NCBI GenBank assembly: GCA_029258835.1
Contig: JAPDJY010000037.1
Coordinates: forward strand, 1 to 62,400
DNA: 62,400 bases
Reading direction: 5' to 3'
From: Thermoproteota archaeon
Lineage (GTDB): Archaea > Asgardarchaeota > Jordiarchaeia > Jordiarchaeales > Freyrarchaeaceae
Part shown: piece after piece, positions 29,685 to 39,779 of the stretch
Position numbering within the stretch: position 1 is the stretch's first letter
How the letters are laid out: each line of letters starts with the position of its first letter
Program-made: the position numbers and the translations under genes
Notes under the pieces: generated by a model
What the model was told of the DNA's origin: nothing
What the model saw: the letters and a program-made list of their open reading frames with translations, nothing else
Database searches by the model: none

Positions 29685-30040
29685 TCATGCTCCTCCCTTC
29701 TATCTACTCCAACTTTGACCACTATGGCGTGTCTCCCGGCTTCCCTCCTCCTAAGAACCTCCCTGACCTCTCTGAGATCGTTGCATACTCCTATTAGCTT
29801 CCCTCCCGAGATGACAGCATATTTTCCCTTGTACTTCGCCTCAAGCTCCTCTCGCATCTTCTCGTATGCTTCATTGTTAATGTCTACTTCACTTCTCACC
29901 TGTTCCCTGCTGGAAAGCCAAAGCCTCATGGACTCCTCTATCGCCTGAGAAACCTTCATTCCTCTCCTGACGGCTTCCGCCTTGAACTCCCTGTAAAGCT
30001 TCCCATCAACCCCTCTTGCAACTAACGTCACCTTTGTCAT
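29660..30040 (-). CDS. Ribbon-helix-helix plus DUF5678-like protein (putative antitoxin)
   Basis: RGVDGKLYREFKAEAVRRG RHH; KYKGKYAVISGGKLIG. Confidence 0.65.
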   Translation of the reverse strand: MTKVTLVARGVDGKLYREFKAEAVRRGMKVSQAIEESMRLWLSSREQVRSEVDINNEAYEKMREELEAKYKGKYAVISGGKLIGVCNDLREVREVLRRREAGRHAIVVKVGVDRREEHEWLGGSLE

Positions 30041-30093
30041 CTAAATCACCAAATTCAACTTGTCGATAAACCTATAAATTTTTTGAGGTTTTC

Positions 30094-30645
30094 ATGTCTG
30101 AAACTAAAATCTTAAAATCAACTTCCTTTCATTTTTTAAATGGTGGGACCATGCTCTTCATGCCAAGTATAAGGGGAATAATAAGTTTCATCGTGGGCAT
30201 ATCCTTCATTTTCGGAATAGTGTACTTCGTCGCACTAGGTCACACCTTAACAGAGTTTACACACATCCTCATCGCCATCCAACTTGGAGGGTGGGGTGGA
30301 CTGGCTCTTCTCACACCAGCACTAAGCGCTTCGGTAACCGACTACCTGATAAGACCATACACGCTTGCAACAGCATCGCCTCCAGCCCAGACCTTTGTTC
30401 CAATAGCTGCACTGGCTATAGGCGGCTTCGTCACAGGACTCATCAGGAAGCACCCGTTAAACGCATTTTTCATAGGGGTAATCTACGCTATAATAATCGT
30501 AATCGCATATGGTGTGTCCTTAATATTCAGCGGCCCATTTAACATACTGCCTAGCATTCTGGGTCTTTCACTAAGTGACTTCTTCCTCCTCTTCCTGACA
30601 CCATCCATCATGGGGTTCATCGGCGGAATACTGACAGCGATCTGA
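30094..30645 (+). CDS. Hypothetical membrane protein
   Basis: Several hydrophobic segments. Confidence 0.6.
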   Translation: MSETKILKSTSFHFLNGGTMLFMPSIRGIISFIVGISFIFGIVYFVALGHTLTEFTHILIAIQLGGWGGLALLTPALSASVTDYLIRPYTLATASPPAQTFVPIAALAIGGFVTGLIRKHPLNAFFIGVIYAIIIVIAYGVSLIFSGPFNILPSILGLSLSDFFLLFLTPSIMGFIGGILTAI

Positions 30646-30710
30646 AACGTTATTAACCCGTTTAAAGACCAGCAAAAGAACGCAGCATTAAATCTGTTTC
30701 TCCCCTTTTT

Positions 30711-31802
30711 TCAGGGGAAAAGTTGGGAGCAAAGCTTCACCGCTGGGATTATGTTATATGCTATTCCAAGCATGTGTGGTGAAAGAGAGGCCTTCACATC
30801 CGAGTATATTTCAAACCGGTGCTCGACTTCCCGCTCCATTAACGTTTCATGTAACTCCTCCGCCACCTTAGTTAACCCGAACTCGTCTCTGGCCTCGCAG
30901 CTAAGTGCAACATGTACGTCTCTTAAGGCATCAGGCTTATCCTTAATCAGCGTGTTCAGGTCGTTTTTCCTCCACTCTCCGAGCGCCCTTTCGTTGAAGC
31001 CTACTATCTTCCCCTCCTCGTCTCTTTCGATCGATGACAGCAGCTTTCTCCCCGTAAAGACCAAATCTAGAGTGTCCAGAATGTCGTCCCATGTTAACGC
31101 TCCAAGTTTCTCGGCAAGCTCCCTCCCAATCACCTTCTCGTAGATTGGAATAACCAGTTTCCAATCCAGCAAGTCTAAAGTAACGTTTGCAGGGCTTAAA
31201 GCCACTAATATGGAGAAGAGCTCAGGGTGGTCTATGCATAACCTTAAAGCCCCGTAACCACCCATCGAACCGCCAACCATTGCCCTGCACCTCCTGTCCC
31301 GAATAGTCCTGTAGTTCGACTCCACAAACCTTACTACGTCGTAAACAATGTAATCTTCGTACATTCCCGTGTAAGGAGAGTTAACATAGAAGCTCCCCTT
31401 AGTTTGAACCTCCCCTGTTAAATCCTTCACTCCATGCTTGTGGGGTAGGTGGAGGCTTCCGTCAGGCTGAACGAAAATGAAGGGTTCAACTTCACCATCA
31501 ACAATTAACCTGTCAAACTTCTCGTATGATGCTATACGGTCAACGTCGATCTCCCTTAAAACCTCCGGTGGGATAAGTCCTAAAGGCAAGTTCTTATTGT
31601 CCTCGACACGAGGAGTCACAGTCACCTTCCGGCTATTACCGCTATAACCATGGAGAAAGTATATCACAGGATACCTTCTATCAGACTCAAAGTAGTCTGG
31701 TGGAAGGTAAACATGTAGCTCCCTCTCAACAGGGCCACCAAGCGGGTTCCCCTCTAGGCTCTCCGAGCGAAAATGGTCAACCCTATACCTCAGATTAACC
31801 AC
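30711..31802 (-). CDS. Alpha/beta-hydrolase, putative esterase
   Basis: VYLPPDY, YPVIYFLHG, GGSMGG nucleophile motif. Confidence 0.88.
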   Translation of the reverse strand: MVNLRYRVDHFRSESLEGNPLGGPVERELHVYLPPDYFESDRRYPVIYFLHGYSGNSRKVTVTPRVEDNKNLPLGLIPPEVLREIDVDRIASYEKFDRLIVDGEVEPFIFVQPDGSLHLPHKHGVKDLTGEVQTKGSFYVNSPYTGMYEDYIVYDVVRFVESNYRTIRDRRCRAMVGGSMGGYGALRLCIDHPELFSILVALSPANVTLDLLDWKLVIPIYEKVIGRELAEKLGALTWDDILDTLDLVFTGRKLLSSIERDEEGKIVGFNERALGEWRKNDLNTLIKDKPDALRDVHVALSCEARDEFGLTKVAEELHETLMEREVEHRFEIYSDVKASLSPHMLGIAYNIIPAVKLCSQLFP

Positions 31803-31937
31803 GCTCCCTCATAAAACATAAATAGCTGGATGATCAGGAAAGCAGCCTCTGTAAAAGCACGTTTAAACCCCGGGAGGATTAGCAATCTTTCCTTTTGCTC
31901 ATTCTTATTGATGGGGGGAATAACGTTACCTTCTTTT

Positions 31938-33419
31938 TCACTCGCTTAAAGCGTTGTCGACGTGAATGTACTGTTGCCAGACCAGTAACGGGACAATATC
32001 GTGAGCGCCAGGTGGATACGCTGTATCCTTAACGCCGCCCATTAGGACGCTGATGTCCACAACCGATGGCTTCGTGTTTATCATTATTCCTCCTGTTTCC
32101 AGCTGTTGAGCTATTCTCCGTGCTCTTTGAACGTCATGACAGTAAATTGACGCCCTCATGCCATAGTTCGTGTCGTTGGCAAGTCTAATCGCCTCCTCCT
32201 CCGTCTCGTACTTCACTATGCTCCTAGCCGGACCAAACGCTTCCTCCACCCACATGAACGGCTTCTGGCTTGCCTCGGCTCCCAGTATTTTCTCCTTTTC
32301 GAACTCTATCAGTGTTGGCTGGTAGAATGGCGGTTCCTTCTCGCCACCCTTAAGAAGCTTCCCACCCTTCTCCACAGCATCTTTAACCATGTAATCTATT
32401 AACGTGAGGATTTTCTCTGATCCTAAAGGTCCTATGTCGGTTTGTGGATCCAGCGGGTTCCCCATCTTAAGATCATCCATTTTCGCCATCATCGCCTCCA
32501 CAAACTCGTCATATACGTCCTTATGTACCAGTATTCGCTTCATGCTAAAGCACTGTTGGCCACTGTTAGTGTATGCGGCCTTCACAGTATAGTCCGCCAC
32601 CTTCTCTACATCCACGTCGTCCGTTATTATTCCTGCATCATTACCGGCCATTTCGAGAATGAACATTTTAAACTTCCCATTTATCATGAATCCTCCCGCA
32701 AAACTAAGGTCTTTAATGGTCGTTTTAAGGTATTCGGCGTAATCTACCAGAAGCTTTTTCCCGACGTGGCTGCTGCCAAAGAACAGGATGGCGTCTATCA
32801 TAGGGTTGTGAATGAACTCTTGGACAGCAAAGGCTCCAGGAGTCACGACAGGCTGCGCGGATTCGACGGGGAATTCCGAGTTCACTTCTTCAGCCATCTC
32901 AAGAAGTTTAAGGGTAGTAAGGGGTACGGCTGTACTGGGCTTTATGAGAATGGAATTCCCGGTAAGCCAGCAAGCTCCCACAGCCCACCCATTGAGGGAG
33001 AGAGGGGTATTCCTAGGGGTCATAGCGGCGCATACTCCTAAGGGATGATAAACAGCGTAGCTTTTCCCCCTAACAGCCTGCAGCTCCCTTTCCTCCAAGT
33101 AAAGCTCAGCTCTCATGTCAGCGTGAAGGTATCCCTGAGCGATCATGCTTACCTCCCAGTTAGCATACTTAATCGGCAGCCCTCCCTCCCTTGCTATAAG
33201 CTCTGTGAGCTGGTTTCTAGCGAACCTTATCCTTCTACCAAGCTTCCTGATGAACTCTACTCTTTCATCCAGGCTCTTACTCCTCAACTTATCCTTGTTA
33301 CTGTACGCTACTTTGATCTTTTCCCTTAAGCTTTCAACGTTGTCCGCTTGGATTTCACCTAGCACTTCCCCAGTGTACTTGTCTCTAACAGCTATTCTTT
33401 CAGGTATCTTAGCCGCCAC
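31938..33419 (-). CDS. Aldehyde dehydrogenase family protein
   Basis: PRNTP, IKPS, FFGS, LEMAGND, NSGQQC, EEAFGP. Confidence 0.9.
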   Translation of the reverse strand: MAAKIPERIAVRDKYTGEVLGEIQADNVESLREKIKVAYSNKDKLRSKSLDERVEFIRKLGRRIRFARNQLTELIAREGGLPIKYANWEVSMIAQGYLHADMRAELYLEERELQAVRGKSYAVYHPLGVCAAMTPRNTPLSLNGWAVGACWLTGNSILIKPSTAVPLTTLKLLEMAEEVNSEFPVESAQPVVTPGAFAVQEFIHNPMIDAILFFGSSHVGKKLLVDYAEYLKTTIKDLSFAGGFMINGKFKMFILEMAGNDAGIITDDVDVEKVADYTVKAAYTNSGQQCFSMKRILVHKDVYDEFVEAMMAKMDDLKMGNPLDPQTDIGPLGSEKILTLIDYMVKDAVEKGGKLLKGGEKEPPFYQPTLIEFEKEKILGAEASQKPFMWVEEAFGPARSIVKYETEEEAIRLANDTNYGMRASIYCHDVQRARRIAQQLETGGIMINTKPSVVDISVLMGGVKDTAYPPGAHDIVPLLVWQQYIHVDNALSE

Positions 33420-33661
33420 AATGCATCCTCCTAAAAAACGATGTTTCGGTTAAGGGTTGTGGAAAGTCGGTGCTTCCTTTTAATCCTTACCCAACCCCCA
33501 CACTTCAACTATAGCATTTTTAGAAGTCTAGCCATATTTTTCGAATATTTAAGAAATAACTCTTAAAAGTTGGTTTTCAACGAATTTACACTACTACGTT
33601 GGCATAACAGTTAAATTTTTCTCTTTTAAACCGTGAAAACCAAAAACCTGCAGGTGATCTC

Positions 33662-35068
33662 TTGACGGACACAGACAGTTTATATCTTGAACTTTCAAGC
33701 ATCGTTGGCGAGGAGAATGTCACCTCAAGCCAGCTAGACCTTTACGCTTACAGCCGTGATGCAAGCCCATACTGGCTATCCATGCCAGGTGTAGTCGTGC
33801 GGCCTAAAGACACCTTCGAGGTATCCCAAATATTGAGGCTCGCCAACAGGACAAGGACTCCTGTTGTTCCCACGGGGGCGAGGAGCAGTATAAATGGCGC
33901 ACCTCTTCCGAGGGTTCAGGGAGCGATAATGCTCGACTTGACGCGCATGGACCGCCTTCTAGACTTGGACGAGGATACGATGACCGTTACCGTTGAAGCC
34001 GGTTTAAGGTGGGCTGAGCTTATCCACCTTTTAAGGGAAAGGGGTTTTAAGCTGGGGTTTAGAGGACCTTACGGCGGTAATGCTGGCACGATTGGCGGCT
34101 CCCTCAGCAGTAACAGCGTTGGGTGCGGCTCAAGCATGTGGGGGAGTGCTTGCGACAGTGTTGTTGGACTTGAAGTCGTGCTTCCTACAGGTGAAGTCTT
34201 GAGGACGGGGAGCGGATGGAATCCTTCCTCAAAAATCTTCACAAGGTATTCCTCATTTAACGATCTTACTGGCCTCTTCCTAGGTGACCATGGAACTCTA
34301 GGCGTCAAGACAAAGGCAACGCTGAAGATATACCCCCTACCAGAAGGGGCCGCCTTCGCCGATTATGGCTTTACATCGATCAAAGACTGTTCAAGGGCCA
34401 TGTACGAGATTCAGAAACGCAAGCTTGCAGAGGAAATCGTGATCCTAGGAGACAGGAACTCGATAGACCTTCTGGCCTCAACCTACCTTGAAACATTCGA
34501 CAACCTCGAATGCATTTTAGCAGTCATAATTGAGGACGTAGACGAACAAGTAGCGAATAGGAAGCGTGAAATAATCGATAGCCTAGCTAAGCAAGCGGGA
34601 GGACGCGCCCTAGGAACCTTTCTCTCAAGAGCCCACTGGCTTGACATGTTCAACCTAACTCAGTCCCTTTTCGACGCTGGCTTCTGGTATAACACGTGCC
34701 ACCTGAGACCCATCCAAACCCTCCCAGACGTGGTGGAGGCTGCCGCCAGAATCTTCGAGAAATACCGTCTTAAGGAAAGGGGAGCTAACTGGATAATCAG
34801 CGCCTTAGCAGCTGACAGGTGCTACTGCACAGGCTGGATAACGATATTCATGGGTTCATCATCTAATAAGGATGTGGTTGAAGCAGCATGGCAAGAACTT
34901 AAAAAGATCGAGATGGAGACCGGCGGGGCAGTACCATACTGGAACGGCCCTCTCTGGGAGGAAGAAACCCTGAGAAGGGTTTCAGCTGGCTTCTATGAAG
35001 CCCTCAAGAGAATCAAGAAGGCGCTTGACCCAAACAGCATCCTTCACCCGATGGTATTCGGGCTGTGA
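33662..35068 (+). CDS. FAD-binding oxidoreductase (GlcD/D-lactate dehydrogenase/VAO family)
   Basis: AYSRDAS, VEAG, TIGG, GTLGV, IKKALDPNSILHP. Confidence 0.88.
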   Translation: MTDTDSLYLELSSIVGEENVTSSQLDLYAYSRDASPYWLSMPGVVVRPKDTFEVSQILRLANRTRTPVVPTGARSSINGAPLPRVQGAIMLDLTRMDRLLDLDEDTMTVTVEAGLRWAELIHLLRERGFKLGFRGPYGGNAGTIGGSLSSNSVGCGSSMWGSACDSVVGLEVVLPTGEVLRTGSGWNPSSKIFTRYSSFNDLTGLFLGDHGTLGVKTKATLKIYPLPEGAAFADYGFTSIKDCSRAMYEIQKRKLAEEIVILGDRNSIDLLASTYLETFDNLECILAVIIEDVDEQVANRKREIIDSLAKQAGGRALGTFLSRAHWLDMFNLTQSLFDAGFWYNTCHLRPIQTLPDVVEAAARIFEKYRLKERGANWIISALAADRCYCTGWITIFMGSSSNKDVVEAAWQELKKIEMETGGAVPYWNGPLWEEETLRRVSAGFYEALKRIKKALDPNSILHPMVFGL

Positions 35069-35077
35069 GGTGTTCGA

Positions 35078-36697
35078 ATGGCTGGGAGCAATTTTTCAAG
35101 ACTAAAGTCCTTCTCGGACCTTCTCGAGAAATGCGGTAGGTGTGGCGACTGCACCTACGCTGTTAAGGTGAGCACCGCTAGGAAGCACGTTTATAAGCCA
35201 TGCCCTGTGTACAACGTGTTAGGCTTCGAAACCTACAGTGCAAAGGGAAGAATCATAATCCTTCAATCCTTATTGGAAGGGAAGATTAAACCTGATGATC
35301 GGCTTCTAGAATGGGCTTACTTATGCCTTACATGTGGGAACTGCAAGGAGACGTGCCTAGCCGTAGAAGGAGGAATAGACATCCCCTCAATCATCGAGGC
35401 TCTTAGGGAAGACCTTGTAAGTGCAGGAATGCACTTAGAGAAGCACCTTGAAATAAGGGACAAGGCATTACGCAACTACAATCCTTACGGTGAACCCCAT
35501 GACCAGCGTTTCTCCTTTCTCAACGTCTCCCTTCCAAAAGAGGCTGACATAGTCTACTTTGTCGGTTGTACGTCAGCCTACAGGAGGCAAGAAATAGCTA
35601 AAGCCACCGTAGCATTGCTTGAGAAAGCATCCGTCGACTTCACCATACTTGAGGACGAACGGTGCTGTGGCTCGACCCTCTTCAGGTTAGGGTACAGAGA
35701 TGACGCCATGAAACTCGCAGAACACAACATATCCATGCTGGAGAAGACCGGGGCTAAAACCGTGATCTTCTCGTGTGCAGGATGTTACCGTACGTTCAAG
35801 AAGGACTACGCCTCCCTTGAACCAAACTTTCAAGTTCTCCATGTTTCAGAGTTCCTTAAGGAGTTGGTGGATAAAGGAAAGCTCCACTTTTACGCATCCA
35901 AACCGGTGCGCGTAACCTACCATGACCCATGCCATCTTGGACGTCACACCGGCATCTACGAGGAGCCCCGATCCCTCATAAGGCAGATCGGGAATGTTGA
36001 ACTGGTTGAAATGATCACAAACAGGAACTATGCCCACTGTTGCGGTGCAGGCAGCGGGGTTAAAGGAACATTTCCCGAGATAGCGGTAAAGATCGCCAAG
36101 CAAAGGATAGAGGAAGCCACCCTAACAGGGGCAGAGATCCTTCTTTCAACATGCCCTTTCTGCAAGACAAACCTTGCAGATGCGTCGGATGGAATAGCAG
36201 TACTGGATCTAACGGAATTCCTACTTCAAAGCATCACCGAGGAACCAGTGGAAGTCGAAGTGAAAGCCCCCTCGCCAGAGGAGTCCCTCGCTGAAACGTT
36301 CAAAAACTACCTTAATCAGCATCCTGAAATATTCGAGGATCTAGTGGAGGGTGCAACCATGGACTTCGCCATTTACGATTCGATTGACGCCTTCGAAAAC
36401 GAGGAAAAACCAGTATCAGTATTTAACGTCGTGAGAACCGGGAATGGAATAAAGATAAGCAATGGAAGGGCGAACGCCCCTGACATGGAAATAGCGTTCT
36501 CAGAGAAAGCCGTAGAGAAACTTGTTAAATCAAAGTCACGGCAAAGCTACGCTAAGCTCTTTGGCACATTCTACAACGAACCAACAGAGGAAGAATGGAT
36601 AGACTTCCAACTGTATAAACGAACGAGAGCGCTAATAAACATGGGCTACGGGAAATTCGCAGAAGAAGCCGGAGTCCTACGGGAGGACGAATACTAA
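35078..36697 (+). CDS. HdrD/GlcF-like Fe-S oxidoreductase (2x 4Fe-4S and 2x CCG) with C-terminal SCP2-like extension
   Basis: CGRCGDC...CP, CLTCGNCKETC, ERCCG, YHDPCHLGR, HCCGAG, CPFC; about 150 aa extra C-terminus. Confidence 0.88.
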   Translation: MAGSNFSRLKSFSDLLEKCGRCGDCTYAVKVSTARKHVYKPCPVYNVLGFETYSAKGRIIILQSLLEGKIKPDDRLLEWAYLCLTCGNCKETCLAVEGGIDIPSIIEALREDLVSAGMHLEKHLEIRDKALRNYNPYGEPHDQRFSFLNVSLPKEADIVYFVGCTSAYRRQEIAKATVALLEKASVDFTILEDERCCGSTLFRLGYRDDAMKLAEHNISMLEKTGAKTVIFSCAGCYRTFKKDYASLEPNFQVLHVSEFLKELVDKGKLHFYASKPVRVTYHDPCHLGRHTGIYEEPRSLIRQIGNVELVEMITNRNYAHCCGAGSGVKGTFPEIAVKIAKQRIEEATLTGAEILLSTCPFCKTNLADASDGIAVLDLTEFLLQSITEEPVEVEVKAPSPEESLAETFKNYLNQHPEIFEDLVEGATMDFAIYDSIDAFENEEKPVSVFNVVRTGNGIKISNGRANAPDMEIAFSEKAVEKLVKSKSRQSYAKLFGTFYNEPTEEEWIDFQLYKRTRALINMGYGKFAEEAGVLREDEY

Positions 36698-36841
36698 CCT
36701 TTCCCATTACTTTTTAACAAGGAGTCATCAGAAACAGGAGTTAAAAAATAAAAAATGTAAGTTTTTCTGTTATTTTCCTTGTTTCATTTGTATTTGTGTA
36801 TTCATAAAATTTACCTGTACGTCTGGTGTCCCTCGTAAAGT

Positions 36842-37726
36842 TTAGGTAATTTTCTTGTATTTCTTGAATCCGTCTCTAAGCCATGTAATTACGACCTTTG
36901 CAAAGTCCATACCCACCCTCTTTATTACCTCAGAGTCCTTAAAGTACCTTTCCAGGGCGGTGTTAGCTAAGTAATTAATATCGTCAAGTTTGTCCACGTT
37001 CTCCTCGAAGAACTTCCAGAATTTATGGAAAACTTCACGGGCTTCACTGATTATGTTTTTAGCATCGTCACCATCCCAGCAGCCAAAGTGTCCCAAGCAA
37101 ATGCTGTTAAAATCTATTTTCTCCATTTTATCAAGCGATGCAAGGTACGTTTCCTTGTCAAACCATGGCGGGTTGAAGACCGGAAGGAACGTTGTTGCGT
37201 CCACCTTGTTACCTACAGCATCCCCAACGAAAAGTGTTTTAGTCTTTCTTTCTAAGAGAGCTATGTGTCCGGGTGTATGTCCTGGAACGTGGAAAACTTC
37301 TAATTCTACGCCTCCTCCGAGGTCTATGACGTCTCCTTCCTTAAGAGGCGTAACCTTTTTAACGCCCTCTATGGGGCCCATTCCAAAGTCATATTCTATC
37401 TTTGATGGGTTCTCGATGAACGGTGCCGCTACCTTCGACGCTAAAACTTCTACTCTGTCCTCTCCCATATCTTTAAGTAGGGGGGCGACTCCCTGAATGT
37501 GATCCCAGTGCTCATGCGTTGGGATAATGTAATCCACCGGATACAATCCGAAGTTTTTGAGGGCTTCTATAATGGTGTTGGCGAAGTGGCTCGTCCCTCC
37601 ATCAATAAGTGCAGCCTTCTCCCCCTTAACAACGTAGAGGCTAAGTATCCTCGGAACACCAACCATGTTACCGTCTATAAGCCAGGTGGTCTCGTTTATC
37701 TTCCCCGGCTCCGCTTTATGACCCAT
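36842..37726 (-). CDS. Metallo-beta-lactamase fold hydrolase
   Basis: THEHWDH, PGHTPGH, GDA, GHFG. Confidence 0.9.
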   Translation of the reverse strand: MGHKAEPGKINETTWLIDGNMVGVPRILSLYVVKGEKAALIDGGTSHFANTIIEALKNFGLYPVDYIIPTHEHWDHIQGVAPLLKDMGEDRVEVLASKVAAPFIENPSKIEYDFGMGPIEGVKKVTPLKEGDVIDLGGGVELEVFHVPGHTPGHIALLERKTKTLFVGDAVGNKVDATTFLPVFNPPWFDKETYLASLDKMEKIDFNSICLGHFGCWDGDDAKNIISEAREVFHKFWKFFEENVDKLDDINYLANTALERYFKDSEVIKRVGMDFAKVVITWLRDGFKKYKKIT

Positions 37727-37935
37727 AAAACCCTCTCCTCTCCATTCTCCTTTTAACCCATTAAATCGCCCTATTCTTCAAAAATAAAATTTTCCTAAGT
37801 GAGCTATAAGTATCGTTTAAATTTTCTTTTCCCCTTCGATCCATGCACTGCTGAAGCCTGTAAACCGATGCACTTTTAAGAGAGAATTTTAAACTTCAGT
37901 ATTTAAAAGGGTGTGTTGGACAGGAGGCGAAGCCG

Positions 37936-38808
37936 ATGTTGACGTTGAAGGACATATTAGTGCTCGCCGTGGTGTACGTGTACGTGTTCTCCGTAATAGG
38001 CATAGGAGAACTTCTCAGGAGATGGAGGGGGCTGGAACCCGAGTTCACAAGGAAGGTAATACACTTCTTCGCCGGGGACGCCATAATCTTCTGCCCGTTC
38101 TTCGATACACCGCAGATCATCCCCCTGATCCCCCTAACCCTAGCGTTGCTAATATTCTTCACGACGCCCAAGAGCCCGGTTAAAGCCCTCAGGTCCATGT
38201 TTGAAGTCATGGCTAGGGAAGAAGACTATGCTACAGGCCACATATATGGTCCCCTATACTACATCATTTCCATAGGAATAATAGTGTCCGTCTTCGCCAT
38301 ACCGTTCAATGCCTCTTACTGGCCTCTCTTCACTCTAGGCGCCTTCCCTCTCTTTGCAATGTTCTATGGAGATGGACTTGCCGCAATAGTAGGAAAACGA
38401 TGGGGTAAACGGAAGTATACCCTGCGTGGCTCCACACGGAGCATCGAGGGATCCCTAACGGTCTTCGCGATGTCCCTTCTCTCCGCCATCATAGCCTTCC
38501 TTTACTACTCATTCTTCGGCTTCTGGCCCAGCATGAACATGCTCACTTCAAGGATCATAACGCTCTCACTCCTTGGGATCTCGCCGCTCTGGCTCTTAGC
38601 TCTCTTCCTTGCAGCCACCCCGGTACAGGTGGTGGTACTCCTACTAGCCTTAACAGGGTCGCTTCTGGCTTCGTTAATTGAGGGAGTTTCACCCAGCGGC
38701 TTAGACAACCTAACACTACCTTTGATCTTAACGCCAATCATGGTGTTCTCGGTTTACCTGCTCATGCCATGGTACTTCACGTTCCTCTCACTGCCAGCAC
38801 TGCTCTAA
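37936..38808 (+). CDS. CTP-dependent phytol/dolichol (polyprenol) kinase family membrane protein
   Basis: TRKVIH, GPLYY, GDGLAAIVG..WG, RSIEGS, DNLTLP. Confidence 0.85.
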   Translation: MLTLKDILVLAVVYVYVFSVIGIGELLRRWRGLEPEFTRKVIHFFAGDAIIFCPFFDTPQIIPLIPLTLALLIFFTTPKSPVKALRSMFEVMAREEDYATGHIYGPLYYIISIGIIVSVFAIPFNASYWPLFTLGAFPLFAMFYGDGLAAIVGKRWGKRKYTLRGSTRSIEGSLTVFAMSLLSAIIAFLYYSFFGFWPSMNMLTSRIITLSLLGISPLWLLALFLAATPVQVVVLLLALTGSLLASLIEGVSPSGLDNLTLPLILTPIMVFSVYLLMPWYFTFLSLPALL

Positions 38809-39779
38809 GAGAAATAGAATTCGTATCCCTCCTCCTCGTCCTTCTCCTCCCTCTCTTTTTGAGGAGGAGCAATCCCAAGCCTCTCCTTAAGCTCTCTATT
38901 CTCCCTCTTCAGGCTTTCAACTTGGCTTCTAAGCTCGAACATCGTGTCCTCTATGGACTTAACGGTCTTCTCTATGGCCTTACTCCGCCACTCGTCTCTC
39001 TCCTTCATTAACTCTTGAATATGCTGCTCATATCTTCTCCTCGTAGCCCTCAAGGCCTCTAAAAGCCTATTCGTCCTTTGCCTTAAAGCGTTATTTTCCT
39101 CTAGGAGGCTCTGATAAGCCGTGGATTCAGCGCCGCACCTTAACTCCTCCACCTGCCTTCTCAACTCCTTGTTTTCCTCCTTTAACCTCTCCAGCTCCTC
39201 AATTAGCTCCCTCTGCCCCCCATCAAACGGCTCCATGAGGAAGCCTCCACCCTTAAGCCTTTCAATCTCCTCCCTCAGCGTCCTGTTTTCCTCCTCCAGC
39301 TTCCTAACTCTCTCCTTAATCGATAAGATCCTCCTTATCAACGGATCCTCATCTTCGGATGCGGCGAAACCATTTCCGGTGCCACTTCTAGCTGAAACCG
39401 CCTCAACAAGCCTGCCGAGAGCCCCAATAACATCGTTCAACCTACTCCTACTGATGTGAAGGGCTCTGGCGGAGCTCAGATCATCCGACGTTAAAACATC
39501 ATAGTACTCCTTAACCTTTTGAAGCGCCTCGCTCTTAGCCTCCTCCAGCTTCTCCACGTCGATGCCGGCATCAGCATCCATGGCCAACATGTAAACCCTA
39601 TTGACATCCCTCATCAACTGCTGAGTCTTAGCTATAGCCGTCCTCCGGCACTCTACAGGTCCTCCCTCGCTGTTAAGCGCCTTATCAACGTCAGCCTTCT
39701 CCCTAAGCCACCTTATAATCTCATTTATCTCGGCTACTACCCGGCCGACTTCCTCCCTTTCCAAACAATTCTTAGCCAT
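38805..39779 (-). CDS. Coiled-coil hypothetical protein
   Basis: Repeated LEEENxxLR heptads; probable ATG start overlapping the end of pyrK. Confidence 0.65.
   Translation of the reverse strand: MAKNCLEREEVGRVVAEINEIIRWLREKADVDKALNSEGGPVECRRTAIAKTQQLMRDVNRVYMLAMDADAGIDVEKLEEAKSEALQKVKEYYDVLTSDDLSSARALHISRSRLNDVIGALGRLVEAVSARSGTGNGFAASEDEDPLIRRILSIKERVRKLEEENRTLREEIERLKGGGFLMEPFDGGQRELIEELERLKEENKELRRQVEELRCGAESTAYQSLLEENNALRQRTNRLLEALRATRRRYEQHIQELMKERDEWRSKAIEKTVKSIEDTMFELRSQVESLKRENRELKERLGIAPPQKEREEKDEEEGYEFYFS

Noticed and set aside
32660-32740. Apparent insertion in aldehyde dehydrogenase before LEMAGND as another in-frame intron
   Set aside because: Open frame and no BHB or flanking stem visible.
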